DNA of 32,000 bases from Methanocaldococcus jannaschii DSM 2661 (GTDB lineage Archaea > AGJL01 > Methanococci > Methanococcales > Methanocaldococcaceae): assembly GCF_000091665.1 (NCBI RefSeq), contig NC_001732.1, positions 6,486 through 38,485 of the forward strand, written 5' to 3'. Position 1 is the stretch's first letter. Each line of letters begins with the position of its first letter. Of the stretch, positions 10,117 through 18,647 are shown in pieces. Both the position numbers and the translations under genes were made by a program. A model generated the notes under the pieces. It made no database searches and was not told the origin of the DNA. It saw nothing but the letters and a program-made list of their open reading frames with translations.

Positions 10117-10329
10117 ATGAGCATTCTCATTTCTAATAAACAATTCAATCATGGGTTAAAGGATGAATTTGCTACTAAAAAGGATTTAGAATTGTTAGAA
10201 GAGAGGATTTTGAGATATGTTGATAATAAGTTCAATCAATTGGATAAAAAAATTGATAGGACTTTTTATTTACTTGTCTTCTTTATTATACTGTGGGTAT
10301 CTCGGGAGGCATTTTTTTATTTGATATAA
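10117..10329 (+). CDS. Small coiled-coil protein with C-terminal transmembrane helix
   Basis: FATKKDLELLEERILRYVDNKFNQLDKKIDRTFYLLVFFIILWVSREAFFYLI. Confidence 0.5.
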   Translation: MSILISNKQFNHGLKDEFATKKDLELLEERILRYVDNKFNQLDKKIDRTFYLLVFFIILWVSREAFFYLI

Positions 10330-10330
10330 T

Positions 10331-10416
10331 CCGAACGCCTCCCTCATCGACACCCGCTCCCCTTTACGGGGACAGACCCCCTACTGCCCCGATAGGGACA
10401 GCTAGGAAGTAGCCTT
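10331..10416 (-). ncRNA. Candidate structured GC-rich non-coding RNA
   Basis: GC-rich island in strongly AT-rich flanks. Minus-strand hairpin CCTA-G-CTGTCCC-TATC-GGGGCAG-TAGG (10380-10406) pairs fully with one U-G and one bulge; second hairpin TCCCC-GTAAA-GGGGA (10358-10372). The U-G becomes a C-A mismatch on the plus strand, favouring minus-strand transcription. Confidence 0.45.
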
Positions 10417-10448
10417 AAACTTTAATAATACTTATTATTGATAAAGTA

Positions 10449-10830
10449 TTATACGTTCATACATATAAAAAATGTGAGAAAAATGAGAAAATAAAATATG
10501 TAATTTAAATTGTTAAGATTTAATAGTTTAAACGTGTGAAAAATGCTTGTTTTTAGAACATTGTATAATGTATTATGTAAATTATCTTTGGATATAATTA
10601 AAAATGTAAGAAAACCATTGAGATTTGGTGTAAAAGAGGGATAGATTGATTATATTGAAAAAAGTTTATGTTGTAAAGTGTATATTCATAATTGGTTTTT
10701 ACTAATGGACAAAATTATACAGTTTAAAATTTAAGTTTATAAATTAGTATTATTCTCTTTTAGAATTTCTGCTATATGTTTAAAGCAGTTTTTCAATATT
10801 TATAATATAATTAAATCGTATGTTTGAAGT
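10449..10830. repeat. Duplicated non-coding block, copy 1
   Basis: Shares GTTCATACATATAAAAAA..GAGAAAAATGAGAAAATAAAA.ATGTAATTTAAATT and AAACCATTGAGATTT.GTGTAAAAGA..ATAGATTGATTATATT.AAAAAAGTTTATGTT.TAAAGTGTA...ATACAGTTTAAAATTTAAGTTTATAAATTAGTATTATT with 12773-13110. Confidence 0.75.
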
Positions 10831-10893
10831 GGACTTTAGCCCCAAAGTCCAACAATGGTTAAAAATTTTCGGACACCATGCCAAAACATAGAG

Positions 10894-10957
10894 CAGATGC
10901 CACTGCAGTATATACAATATTATAATATTATATTATCAATGGCATACAGTGGCATCT
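10894..10957. repeat. Inverted repeat AGATGCCACTG ... CAGTGGCATCT
   Basis: 11-bp perfect arms flanking an AT-rich loop (atacaatattataatattatattatcaat). Confidence 0.75.
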
Positions 10958-11088
10958 CCAGAGAAGTGTAAATCCAATATGCCACTGAATATATAAAAGA
11001 AAACTATAATAATCCCTATTTTCAAAAAATAACTGTCATTACATAGCCTTGTTTGGTGAAAACACAGAAAAATTTGTAGTGATGTGTT

Positions 11089-11235
11089 ATGGGTATTATA
11101 GGTTTTGTTAATGCATTAGCTAACGTCTTTATACTACTTATATTAGGTATGGTAGGTATTTTTATTTTTGCATGGTTTTTGTTTTGCAGAGAAGATGAAG
11201 AGACAATTAGAAAAATAAAAGAAGATGATTGGTGA
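11089..11235 (+). CDS. Possible 48-aa single-pass membrane protein
   Basis: MGIIGFVNALANVFILLILGMVGIFIFAWFLFCREDEETIRKIKEDDW: hydrophobic helix followed by a charged tail. Confidence 0.4.
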   Translation: MGIIGFVNALANVFILLILGMVGIFIFAWFLFCREDEETIRKIKEDDW

Positions 11236-11837
11236 AAGTGTGAAGTTATTAAAGATTTTTCTATTTGTTTTGTTTTGTAGTTAGAGTAGTTCTAAGTTGT
11301 GGTTGTATTGGAGATGAATGCACTCCACACCCATAGGCACTATAAGCGCGTTGAAAAGATGAATACAGTTTGTTCATGGAATGTGATAAAATTCATTAAA
11401 AATGAGTTTAAAACAATTCTTCACAATTCTTTAGGAGGATACTATGAGGTTGGTAAACTCTTTATTATAGCAGTGGCAACAAAACAGAAACAACCCTAAC
11501 TCTTTTATTAAGAATACCAACACCACCAAAACATCACCCAAAGCACCCTTATGAATAAAATGAACATCACACGAGAATCCACTCCCCTAACACTCTTTTT
11601 ACCCAACACCTTAACAACATTCATGAAACACCACACACAAACAAATCCTAAAATCAAAACATGCCACTGTATAAAACTATTGATAATAATTAATAATATA
11701 AAAATTATCAAACTTAATACTACCAAAACAAATAAAATAAATTCCCACCACAAAACAAAACAAACAAATATTATAATCACCAAACAATATAAAAACAATA
11801 ATATTATGTAAATTCCCATTAGGGAAAAGGTGAAAAC

Positions 11838-12282
11838 ATGCTCAAAAAACTATTTGGAAAAGACGATGAAAAAACAGACGAACGAATTAAAAAATTAGAA
11901 AACAGAATAGAAAAAATAGAATTAGAGTTAAAAACCATAAAAAACACAAGTTCATACCCACAAATTATAAGAATAGAAAAAGAACTCCAACAAATAATAA
12001 AAACAGACATTGACAAACTAACAACCCTATACATCAAACTCCAACCCAAACCCAACACCATAGAACAAACAAAAAATCATACAAATACTAAAACACGAAC
12101 AACCCCTACAATCATCAAAAATAGTAGAAAAACTAAAACCAAACATAAAATCAAAAGGAACAATCTACCAAGCCCTAAAACAACTACAAAAAGAGAAAAA
12201 AATAACAAAAGCCACAGTCAAAGAAAATGGTAAAAGAAAAGTATACTACAAACTCACAGATGAAAACACTGATATAACATAG
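11838..12282 (+). pseudogene. Coiled-coil + winged-helix DNA-binding protein, frameshifted at an A6 tract
   Basis: GGTGAAAAC-ATG start, MLKKLFGKDDEKTDERIKKLENRIEKIELELK...; removing one A at 12071-12076 gives ..TKIIQILKHEQPLQSSKIVEKLKPNIKSKGTIYQALKQLQKEKKITKATVKENGKRKVYYKLTDENTDIT* ending 12282. Confidence 0.65.
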
Positions 12283-12324
12283 AAAACATCCCTAATCCTA
12301 ATTGTTAAAAACATTAATTATCAA

Positions 12325-12364
12325 GGGAGGTTGCCACACTTTTTAAAAAGTGTGGCAACCTCCC
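12325..12364. repeat. Perfect 40-nt palindrome GGGAGGTTGCCACACTTTTTAAAAAGTGTGGCAACCTCCC
   Basis: 20-nt arms are exact reverse complements. Confidence 0.95.
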
Positions 12365-12651
12365 AAATATTCCTATAAGAAACAAAATTTACCATAAAGT
12401 AATAAAAACCCCATAAACTTATTTTCCTATAGGATAAATGCCATTGACTATTAGAAAAACAACACTCTTTTATGCCACTGCTAACACACAATAAATTTCC
12501 ACATTCTATACACAATAAAGTGTTTTTAACCGTAATTTTCAACATTGGACTAACCACTCTAACAGAAATGTGAAATACCCCACACACTTCCAAGACATGA
12601 AACGCCCCTTATTTTTCAATTTTTCAATTGTATTTACTAACATTCACAAAA

Positions 12652-12687
12652 GAGGAACAGCCAATTTTTAAAAATTGGCTGTTCCTC
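12652..12687. repeat. Perfect 36-nt palindrome GAGGAACAGCCAATTTTTAAAAATTGGCTGTTCCTC
   Basis: 18-nt arms are exact reverse complements. Confidence 0.95.
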
Positions 12688-12772
12688 CAACACCATAAAA
12701 ATGCAGACAACAAACCAAAAACCCATTAAGCAACATACTGAGATTGAATTATTACAACCTATAAAAATAGTG

Positions 12773-13110
12773 TTATATGTTCATACATATAAAAAACATG
12801 AGAAAAATGAGAAAATAAAAGATGTAATTTAAATTATTGTAATTTTTCTATTTTTGTGAGTAAATTGTGTTTAGTTTAAGAAGTATTCCCCACTTATTAT
12901 GTAAGTGGATTATTTACTCCACTAAAAATGTAATAAAACCATTGAGATTTAGTGTAAAAGATGAATAGATTGATTATATTAAAAAAAGTTTATGTTATAA
13001 AGTGTACCTTGATAATCAGTTTTCACCAATAGACAAAATTATACAGTTTAAAATTTAAGTTTATAAATTAGTATTATTGAAAACTAAATAATAAATTATG
13101 TGTTTAAATA
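12773..13110. repeat. Duplicated non-coding block, copy 2
   Basis: See copy 1 at 10449-10830. Confidence 0.75.
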
Positions 13111-13349
13111 TTTATTGTTTTTAGTATTTGTTCAAATTCTGTGTATTTGATTTTGACTGGGAATAATAGTACGTTTCCAAAAAAGTTATTTTTATATTTC
13201 AATCCTTTAATGTTATATACCATGCTAATGTATTCTAAGATTGTATCAACAATGCTATCATTTAAGTCTCCCAATACAATTCCATAATAAGTTTTCCAGT
13301 AATCAGCAATATCATCTTCTTTTAAAGGATTAAAAAGTGATTTACCCAT
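13104..13349 (-). CDS. Small uncharacterised ORF, possibly a truncated gene remnant
   Basis: 81 aa; starts almost immediately beside the palindromic element (13352-13375) with no recognisable ribosome-binding site. Confidence 0.35.
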   Translation of the reverse strand: MGKSLFNPLKEDDIADYWKTYYGIVLGDLNDSIVDTILEYISMVYNIKGLKYKNNFFGNVLLFPVKIKYTEFEQILKTINI

Positions 13350-13351
13350 AT

Positions 13352-13375
13352 TGAATTGACTTTGAAGTCAATTCA
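13352..13375. repeat. Palindromic element copy 2: TGAATTGACTTTGAAGTCAATTCA
   Basis: 11-bp perfect arms with 2-nt centre. Confidence 0.9.
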
Positions 13376-13430
13376 CGATTATGGAAATAGTGAAACAGTG
13401 TTAGAATAAAACAAAAAGGGTAAATAAACT

Positions 13431-13630
13431 TATTTCTTCAAAGCTAGTTTTACGTCTTCGACTTTTACTGTTTTTCTCTTTGCCATGTTTTGCCAAGTCA
13501 ACAGCTTCTTTAGCTATTTCCAAAGCTAAATCTTCTATAGCCTCAGCAAAGTATTCCGCTGCAGCCCTACTAACTCTCTCAGCCCCATCCTTTTTTAATA
13601 TCCTTACAAACGGTGCAACTGAAGCTCAGC
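13431..13630 (-). pseudogene. Decayed archaeal histone copy
   Basis: Minus strand: [47 protein letters not shown] then a frameshift into the [14 protein letters not shown] tail; no start codon. Confidence 0.85.
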
Positions 13631-14139
13631 CATAACACCACCCAAAAAAACTTATACTCAAAAATTATCAATTAAAACCTACAAAAATATTACTATTTTT
13701 GTACATATACACCTCCCAATATTATAATATTCTACAATACAATAATTACATAATACCACAATACAATAATCCAAAATCATGCTAAAGAAAAATCCAATAA
13801 AACCCAAAAGAATAACATGATTACATAATAAAACAATACAACAATTAATTAATAACATAATAAAAATAAAAACTTGTTAAAATTATAATATTTTAAACTA
13901 ACTAAAAAGAAAATAAAAATATAAAAATTAAAAGAGGGGGAGAGCCCGAGAGGGGAAGGGGAGAAAATGAGAAAAGTGGAAATACTATAAATAGAATATG
14001 AAACTGTCAGTTTAACTTTTATCAATAATATAGGTAAAAAATAGTAAAATATGAGGCTCACGATAGTGGCTATAAAGGAGAGAATCGTGGAAAAGAAGTA
14101 TTCAGATTAAGAAATTGCGTAGAAATCCTTCTTATTGCT

Positions 14140-14290
14140 TAAACGAAGAATTAAAGCATTCTATAACAGATTTCTTAATAATAGTAGATTCAATACGGTA
14201 ATTAGCTGGATAAAAAGCTTCATGATGTTCTATAATTGGATGCAATTGTTAACTTGACAACCTCTAATAGAATAACCCTACCATCAAGTA
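14140..14290 (-). pseudogene. Fragment of a degraded coding region, copy A
   Basis: Minus strand contains [36 protein letters not shown], preceded after a frameshift by [13 protein letters not shown]. Confidence 0.5.
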
Positions 14291-14396
14291 TTTTACCAGT
14301 ATTTTTTAGATTTTAAAGGTAAAAGATTTCTTTGGTGTTAAAATAGATTAGGAGTATAGAAAAGTTGATTATTTGGTTAATCCGTAGGTGATTTTT

Positions 14397-15023
14397 ATGT
14401 TTCATAGTGGAGCTATGGAGTTGCTTAAAATTGCAGAGAAGTTGTATGACAAAGATTCAGAGAAAGCTGTTGAAGTATATGATAAAGCAATTAAAAAGGC
14501 TGAAAGGATTTATGATGATTATGCTAAAGCCGTTATTTTGTCCAATATAGCCAAATCTCTATATAGCAGAGGTTTAACTAACAAGGTTATTGAAGTATAC
14601 AATAAAGCCATAAAAATAGCAGAGGAGAGTAGTAAAAGAGACGTAATACTATCAAAAATTATTGAAAATTTATGTAGTAATAGGTTGATAGATAAAGCGT
14701 TGGAGGTTGTGAATAAGATATCTGATGATTCTTCTAAGGCTATAGCATTATCTGAGATAGCAAAAGCTCAATACAATATAGGAATGCATGATGAAGCCCT
14801 TAAGAATTATGATAAGGCAATTTTTATAACTGAGGGTGTTTTTGATGATGAGATTAAATCTTCAATACTGTTTGAAATATCCAGAGATTTTTATAACTAT
14901 GGACTAGTAGATAAAGCATTTGAAGTTATTGGAAAGATACCTTACTCTAAGTATAGGTTCAGGTTGTTAGATAAAATGGCAGAAGATTTGCATAAGAATA
15001 TTAAATATATACATGGAGAGTAA
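14397..15023 (+). CDS. TPR-like repeat protein
   Basis: Repeats such as AVEVYDKAIKKAERIYDDYAKAVILSNIAKSLYSRGL; GGTGAT ribosome-binding site before ATG 14397. Confidence 0.7.
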   Translation: MFHSGAMELLKIAEKLYDKDSEKAVEVYDKAIKKAERIYDDYAKAVILSNIAKSLYSRGLTNKVIEVYNKAIKIAEESSKRDVILSKIIENLCSNRLIDKALEVVNKISDDSSKAIALSEIAKAQYNIGMHDEALKNYDKAIFITEGVFDDEIKSSILFEISRDFYNYGLVDKAFEVIGKIPYSKYRFRLLDKMAEDLHKNIKYIHGE

Positions 15024-15537
15024 AGAGTTTGATGATGATAAAATTAAGATAATATCAATGACTCCAAAGAGTGAAAAATCTGATAAGATAGTAATGCAGA
15101 TTGTGGAGGAGTTTATTAATAGTTTTCCAGATGATAGATATAAGTTTAGAGTGTTGTTGAAAGTTGCAGAGCTGATTTGTAAGAATGGCTTATGTAATGA
15201 AGCATTTTTAATACTTGACAAGATTCCAGATTCCTATTATAAATCTTCAGCACTATATAAAATGGCAGACATATTATATAGAAATAAGGAACATGATAGA
15301 TTAATACAGATTGCAGAAAAGATACCTGATGACTATAAAAAATCAGAAGTCTTATTAAAGGTTGTAGAGCTATTATGCGAAAGTGGAAAATATGATGAGG
15401 CAATAAACATAGCTGAAAAAATACCTGACAATTATTATAAATCAGAAGCATTATTTAAAATAGCAGAAACCCTAAGCAACAAAGGATATTACGACAAAGC
15501 AGTTGAAATTGCTGAAAAAATTCCAGACAATTTTTAG
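15013..15537 (+). CDS. TPR-like repeat protein, overlapping the previous gene
   Basis: Repeats of AEKIPDDYYKSEALFKIAETLSNKGYYDKAVEIAEKIPDNF. Confidence 0.65.
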   Translation: MESKEFDDDKIKIISMTPKSEKSDKIVMQIVEEFINSFPDDRYKFRVLLKVAELICKNGLCNEAFLILDKIPDSYYKSSALYKMADILYRNKEHDRLIQIAEKIPDDYKKSEVLLKVVELLCESGKYDEAINIAEKIPDNYYKSEALFKIAETLSNKGYYDKAVEIAEKIPDNF

Positions 15538-15664
15538 AAGAAAAATTATATCCAAGGAATGTTAATAATTCATCTTCTATTAATTCTAGTGGTTATTTTC
15601 AATATATTGCACACATAGGAGTTTATGAATATGAAACAGGTAATTACCTCGATACCATATTATT

Positions 15665-15765
15665 CGTAAGATTTTAATAAAATAGTAAATTTGATACTGT
15701 TGTTAGCTGGATTAAATACTTCATGATACTCTAAATGAGGTGAAGTTACTAACTTGACGATCTTT
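15665..15765 (-). pseudogene. Fragment of a degraded coding region, copy B
   Basis: Minus strand TSPHLEYHEVFNPANNSIKFTILLKS aligns with copy A at 14140-14290. Confidence 0.45.
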
Positions 15766-16029
15766 TTTATTAATATGCAAGCATTATATTATAATATTTG
15801 TAGATTTTTGTATTTAGTTTCAGAAAAATTTTTAAGAGACCCAACACATTTTCCTAAAAAAGAAAGATTTATATACCCAACATCGTTCCAAAATTTCTTT
15901 AGAAATTAGCATTGGCGATAGATATGCCATACGACATTAAATGTGGAGAGGCATATAACATTTCATACCAATTGTAGAAAAGAATAGTATATTAATTTCT
16001 AATCGTACTCGTATTTTAAATAACTTGAT

Positions 16030-16314
16030 CAAAATGTGTAATTTGAATATAAAACCAAAAACTGAAGATGATTATAAACGATTCCTATATGATTACTCAA
16101 ATCAATGTGGAGTAGATTTCAGAAAAGTAGATGTGGGAATAAAATTTTTCAAAAATATGCTGGATATAAAGTAAAAGATTACGGCAGTTCTTGGAAATAT
16201 TCAGAGTTAGATAATCCTAACTACACAATACAAGATGCGTGCAGAGATTTACTCAAAAATAATGGAGTGAAGTACCTAATTAACAACAGGGCATTAAAGG
16301 TATCTTTGAAATAA
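16030..16314 (+). pseudogene. C-terminal relic of a paralogue of the 432-aa protein at 16810-18090
   Basis: LYDYSNQCGVDFRKVDVGIKFF (frame 1), then QKYAGYKVKDYGSSWKYSELDNPNYTIQDACRDLLKNNGVKYLINNRALKV (frame 2), matching LYEYSKKCKLDQRYVEMGMWFF...YTIQEACKDLIK...NTNIRYIGNNQFEI. Confidence 0.7.
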
Positions 16315-16364
16315 CATTATTTGATGTGATTAAAAAGAATTAAGATTGTATTTTAGGTGGCAGT

Positions 16365-16808
16365 ATGGGAAAATGTAGGCATAATGGAGAGGTTAGTATT
16401 TTTGGCGTAAGACCAGCAAGTTTTCCTTACTTTCCATTTAATTTAATGGATAGGATTGGAGGGTTTGTAATATTGGATGAGTTGTGGTTAAGGAGGTGGT
16501 GTGAGATTATAGAATATCCGATGAAAATTCCAACTTTATACGTGCCAATTGAGGATTATGGTATTCCTACAGTTGAGGATATGGATTTGATTGTTGATTT
16601 TATAAAGTATCATGTTTCTAATGGGAGAGAAGTCGTTGTCTCTTGTATCGGTGGACATGGAAGAACTGGAACTGTTTTGGCTATTTGGGCTGGTTTAAAT
16701 GGCGTTGAAAATCCAATAGAATATGTTAGAGAATGTTACTGTGAGTGTGCGGTTGAGACAGAAGAACAAGAGGAGTTTGTAATGGAGTATTTGAAAAAGA
16801 GATTATGA
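16365..16808 (+). CDS. Protein tyrosine/dual-specificity phosphatase-like protein
   Basis: Cx5R signature in REVVVSCIGGHGRTGTVLAIWAGL. Confidence 0.8.
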   Translation: MGKCRHNGEVSIFGVRPASFPYFPFNLMDRIGGFVILDELWLRRWCEIIEYPMKIPTLYVPIEDYGIPTVEDMDLIVDFIKYHVSNGREVVVSCIGGHGRTGTVLAIWAGLNGVENPIEYVRECYCECAVETEEQEEFVMEYLKKRL

Positions 16809-16809
16809 A

Positions 16810-18090
16810 TTAAAAGAAGATTATATCTAAGAGTTCATCATATATTTCTATTTCACCTTTAAGGATGAGGTCGATAAGTTCATCTTCACTAACGATAATG
16901 ATTTTACCGTTAATATTGATTTCAAATTGATTATTTCCAATGTATCTTATGTTCGTGTTGTTGATAGCTTTTCTTAATCTTTTAATTAAGTCTTTACATG
17001 CTTCTTGTATTGTGTATTTACATAACCTCCTATTGTAATACTTTGCAACTTTGCTGTTAAAGAACCACATACCCATTTCTACATATCTTTGGTCTAATTT
17101 GCATTTCTTTGAATATTCATAGAGGAATATTTTATATGGATAAAGAGTTTTAAAATCATTGCTATCTATTTTTGCATTTTTACGAAGTTTTTGAATACAT
17201 CTACATTCTGTATAATCAAATTTCTCTAAAACTTCATTAATGTCAAAATTATAATTTAATTTACATTTACATTTAACTAATTCCTCAATGACTTTTTTAA
17301 CTACTCTATCAATAGGCTTGTATAACAAATCCCTGCAATCTCCATATAACATCAAATTGTGAATAATTGAAATATCTCTAAGGAATAGACAAGCTATTTT
17401 ATCTCCAACTCCTCTAATTCTAATTAAAAAGTTGTATGCGTCGTAGATATTTCCATTTCTTAATAAATTAAGTAGATAAGACACTAATGAAGCTGTTATT
17501 TGAGTATTACTAATAATGTATAATAAACCACATTTATTTGTGGTAGTTGAATTTATGTTACAACTCGGATTTATATTGTATCTTGGGTCTAAAGTGTCAC
17601 TTGTATAGAAGCCCAATCCTAACATTCTTAGATTATTTTCATAGCAATTGCATATATTACTAATCCAAGTATTGTTATGTAAATTGAAATTTCTATCTAT
17701 GCAAACTGCCCCAATAAATCCATGGATTCTTACTCTTATGGAGCTATAACTACTCCCAAAAGGTCTCATATAAGCATAATTTGAAATAAACAATTGCAAT
17801 GATTCACTTAAATCATTTAAATGATTTGGGAATATTATCTCCCAAAATGCTTTTAATTCTAGTGCTTCATGTAACCTTCCGACATCTTCAAAGAATTTAA
17901 ACCATGCACAGATACAATCTTTATTAGCATATTCTCCAGAACAATAATTTTTTCTTAATACTTTAAGTATATCTTCAACTTCTTTTTCTATATTTTTTCT
18001 CTCTTTAATAACTGGGATAAAGAACTTTTTAATAATATCTCTTGCTAATGGACAGTTTCTAATCCTGTTGATAAATTGCTGAACTACCAT
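16810..18090 (-). CDS. Uncharacterised Cys-rich protein with HhH-like segment
   Basis: Segment FLIRIRGVGDKIACLFLRDI resembles helix-hairpin-helix/glycosylase motifs; likely start at 18090 after GGAGTGGGG. Confidence 0.7.
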   Translation of the reverse strand: MVVQQFINRIRNCPLARDIIKKFFIPVIKERKNIEKEVEDILKVLRKNYCSGEYANKDCICAWFKFFEDVGRLHEALELKAFWEIIFPNHLNDLSESLQLFISNYAYMRPFGSSYSSIRVRIHGFIGAVCIDRNFNLHNNTWISNICNCYENNLRMLGLGFYTSDTLDPRYNINPSCNINSTTTNKCGLLYIISNTQITASLVSYLLNLLRNGNIYDAYNFLIRIRGVGDKIACLFLRDISIIHNLMLYGDCRDLLYKPIDRVVKKVIEELVKCKCKLNYNFDINEVLEKFDYTECRCIQKLRKNAKIDSNDFKTLYPYKIFLYEYSKKCKLDQRYVEMGMWFFNSKVAKYYNRRLCKYTIQEACKDLIKRLRKAINNTNIRYIGNNQFEININGKIIIVSEDELIDLILKGEIEIYDELLDIIFF

Positions 18091-18249
18091 CCCCACTCCT
18101 CTCCACATCTTTCAAATATAAATGTACTGCAGTTCTTAAATATAAATTAATATAAATTTTATAAATATTTACACTAAAAGCTCTGCTAATATTTTAACCT
18201 CTATTGAGTTTCTATTTTCCTTAACAGAAATCAAATCCATACTAAGTGT

Positions 18250-18605
18250 TTATTATTAGCAACAATTCCTATAGGTGTAGTTTCTCTTCTTCAAATTTTT
18301 GGTAATATATTTTTAATTACATTGAAATCAAATATATGTACATACTCCTTTTCCACATCTTAATATTACAATATTATCAATTCTCGAATTTTCCTTCCTG
18401 TTTTTAAATCGATATAAATATGACGTCTTCCATTACATTTTAACATCACACGATTATCTTTTATAGATATTGACTCTATATCCCACTCAGTTTTGAACTC
18501 CCAAATTTTATCTCCAGTTTTTAGATTAATGGCAGAGATACATCTTCTTCCACATTCTAATACTGCAATACCACCTCTAATAGATAAACTTCTTAATTCT
18601 AACAT
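18250..18605 (-). pseudogene. Degenerate extra tail of beta-propeller repeats
   Basis: 79-aa ORF with AINLKTGDKIWEFKTEWDIESISIKDN repeats; 18258-18400 resembles the real gene end at 18648-18750. Confidence 0.6.
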
Positions 18606-18647
18606 CTTAACACCATTATCTCTACTGATGTTGAATTAATTTTTGAA

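Noticed and set aside
11508-11819. Overlapping ORFs on both strands (103 aa hydrophobic minus, 86 aa plus)
   Set aside because: Both are explained by the A/C strand bias; neither has a convincing ribosome-binding site. The hydrophobic minus ORF could be real but is unsupported.
12321-12593. 90-aa minus ORF across the first hairpin
   Set aside because: Composition is non-typical for this genome, it has no ribosome-binding site, and its start lies within or beside the perfect palindrome; more likely spurious.
13849-14061. Small ORF (SPSPLGLSPSFNF) and its counterpart 31545-31733 (PLPLGLSPPPLFNF)
   Set aside because: The peptide similarity reflects the shared G-rich/C-rich nucleotide repeat rather than protein conservation.
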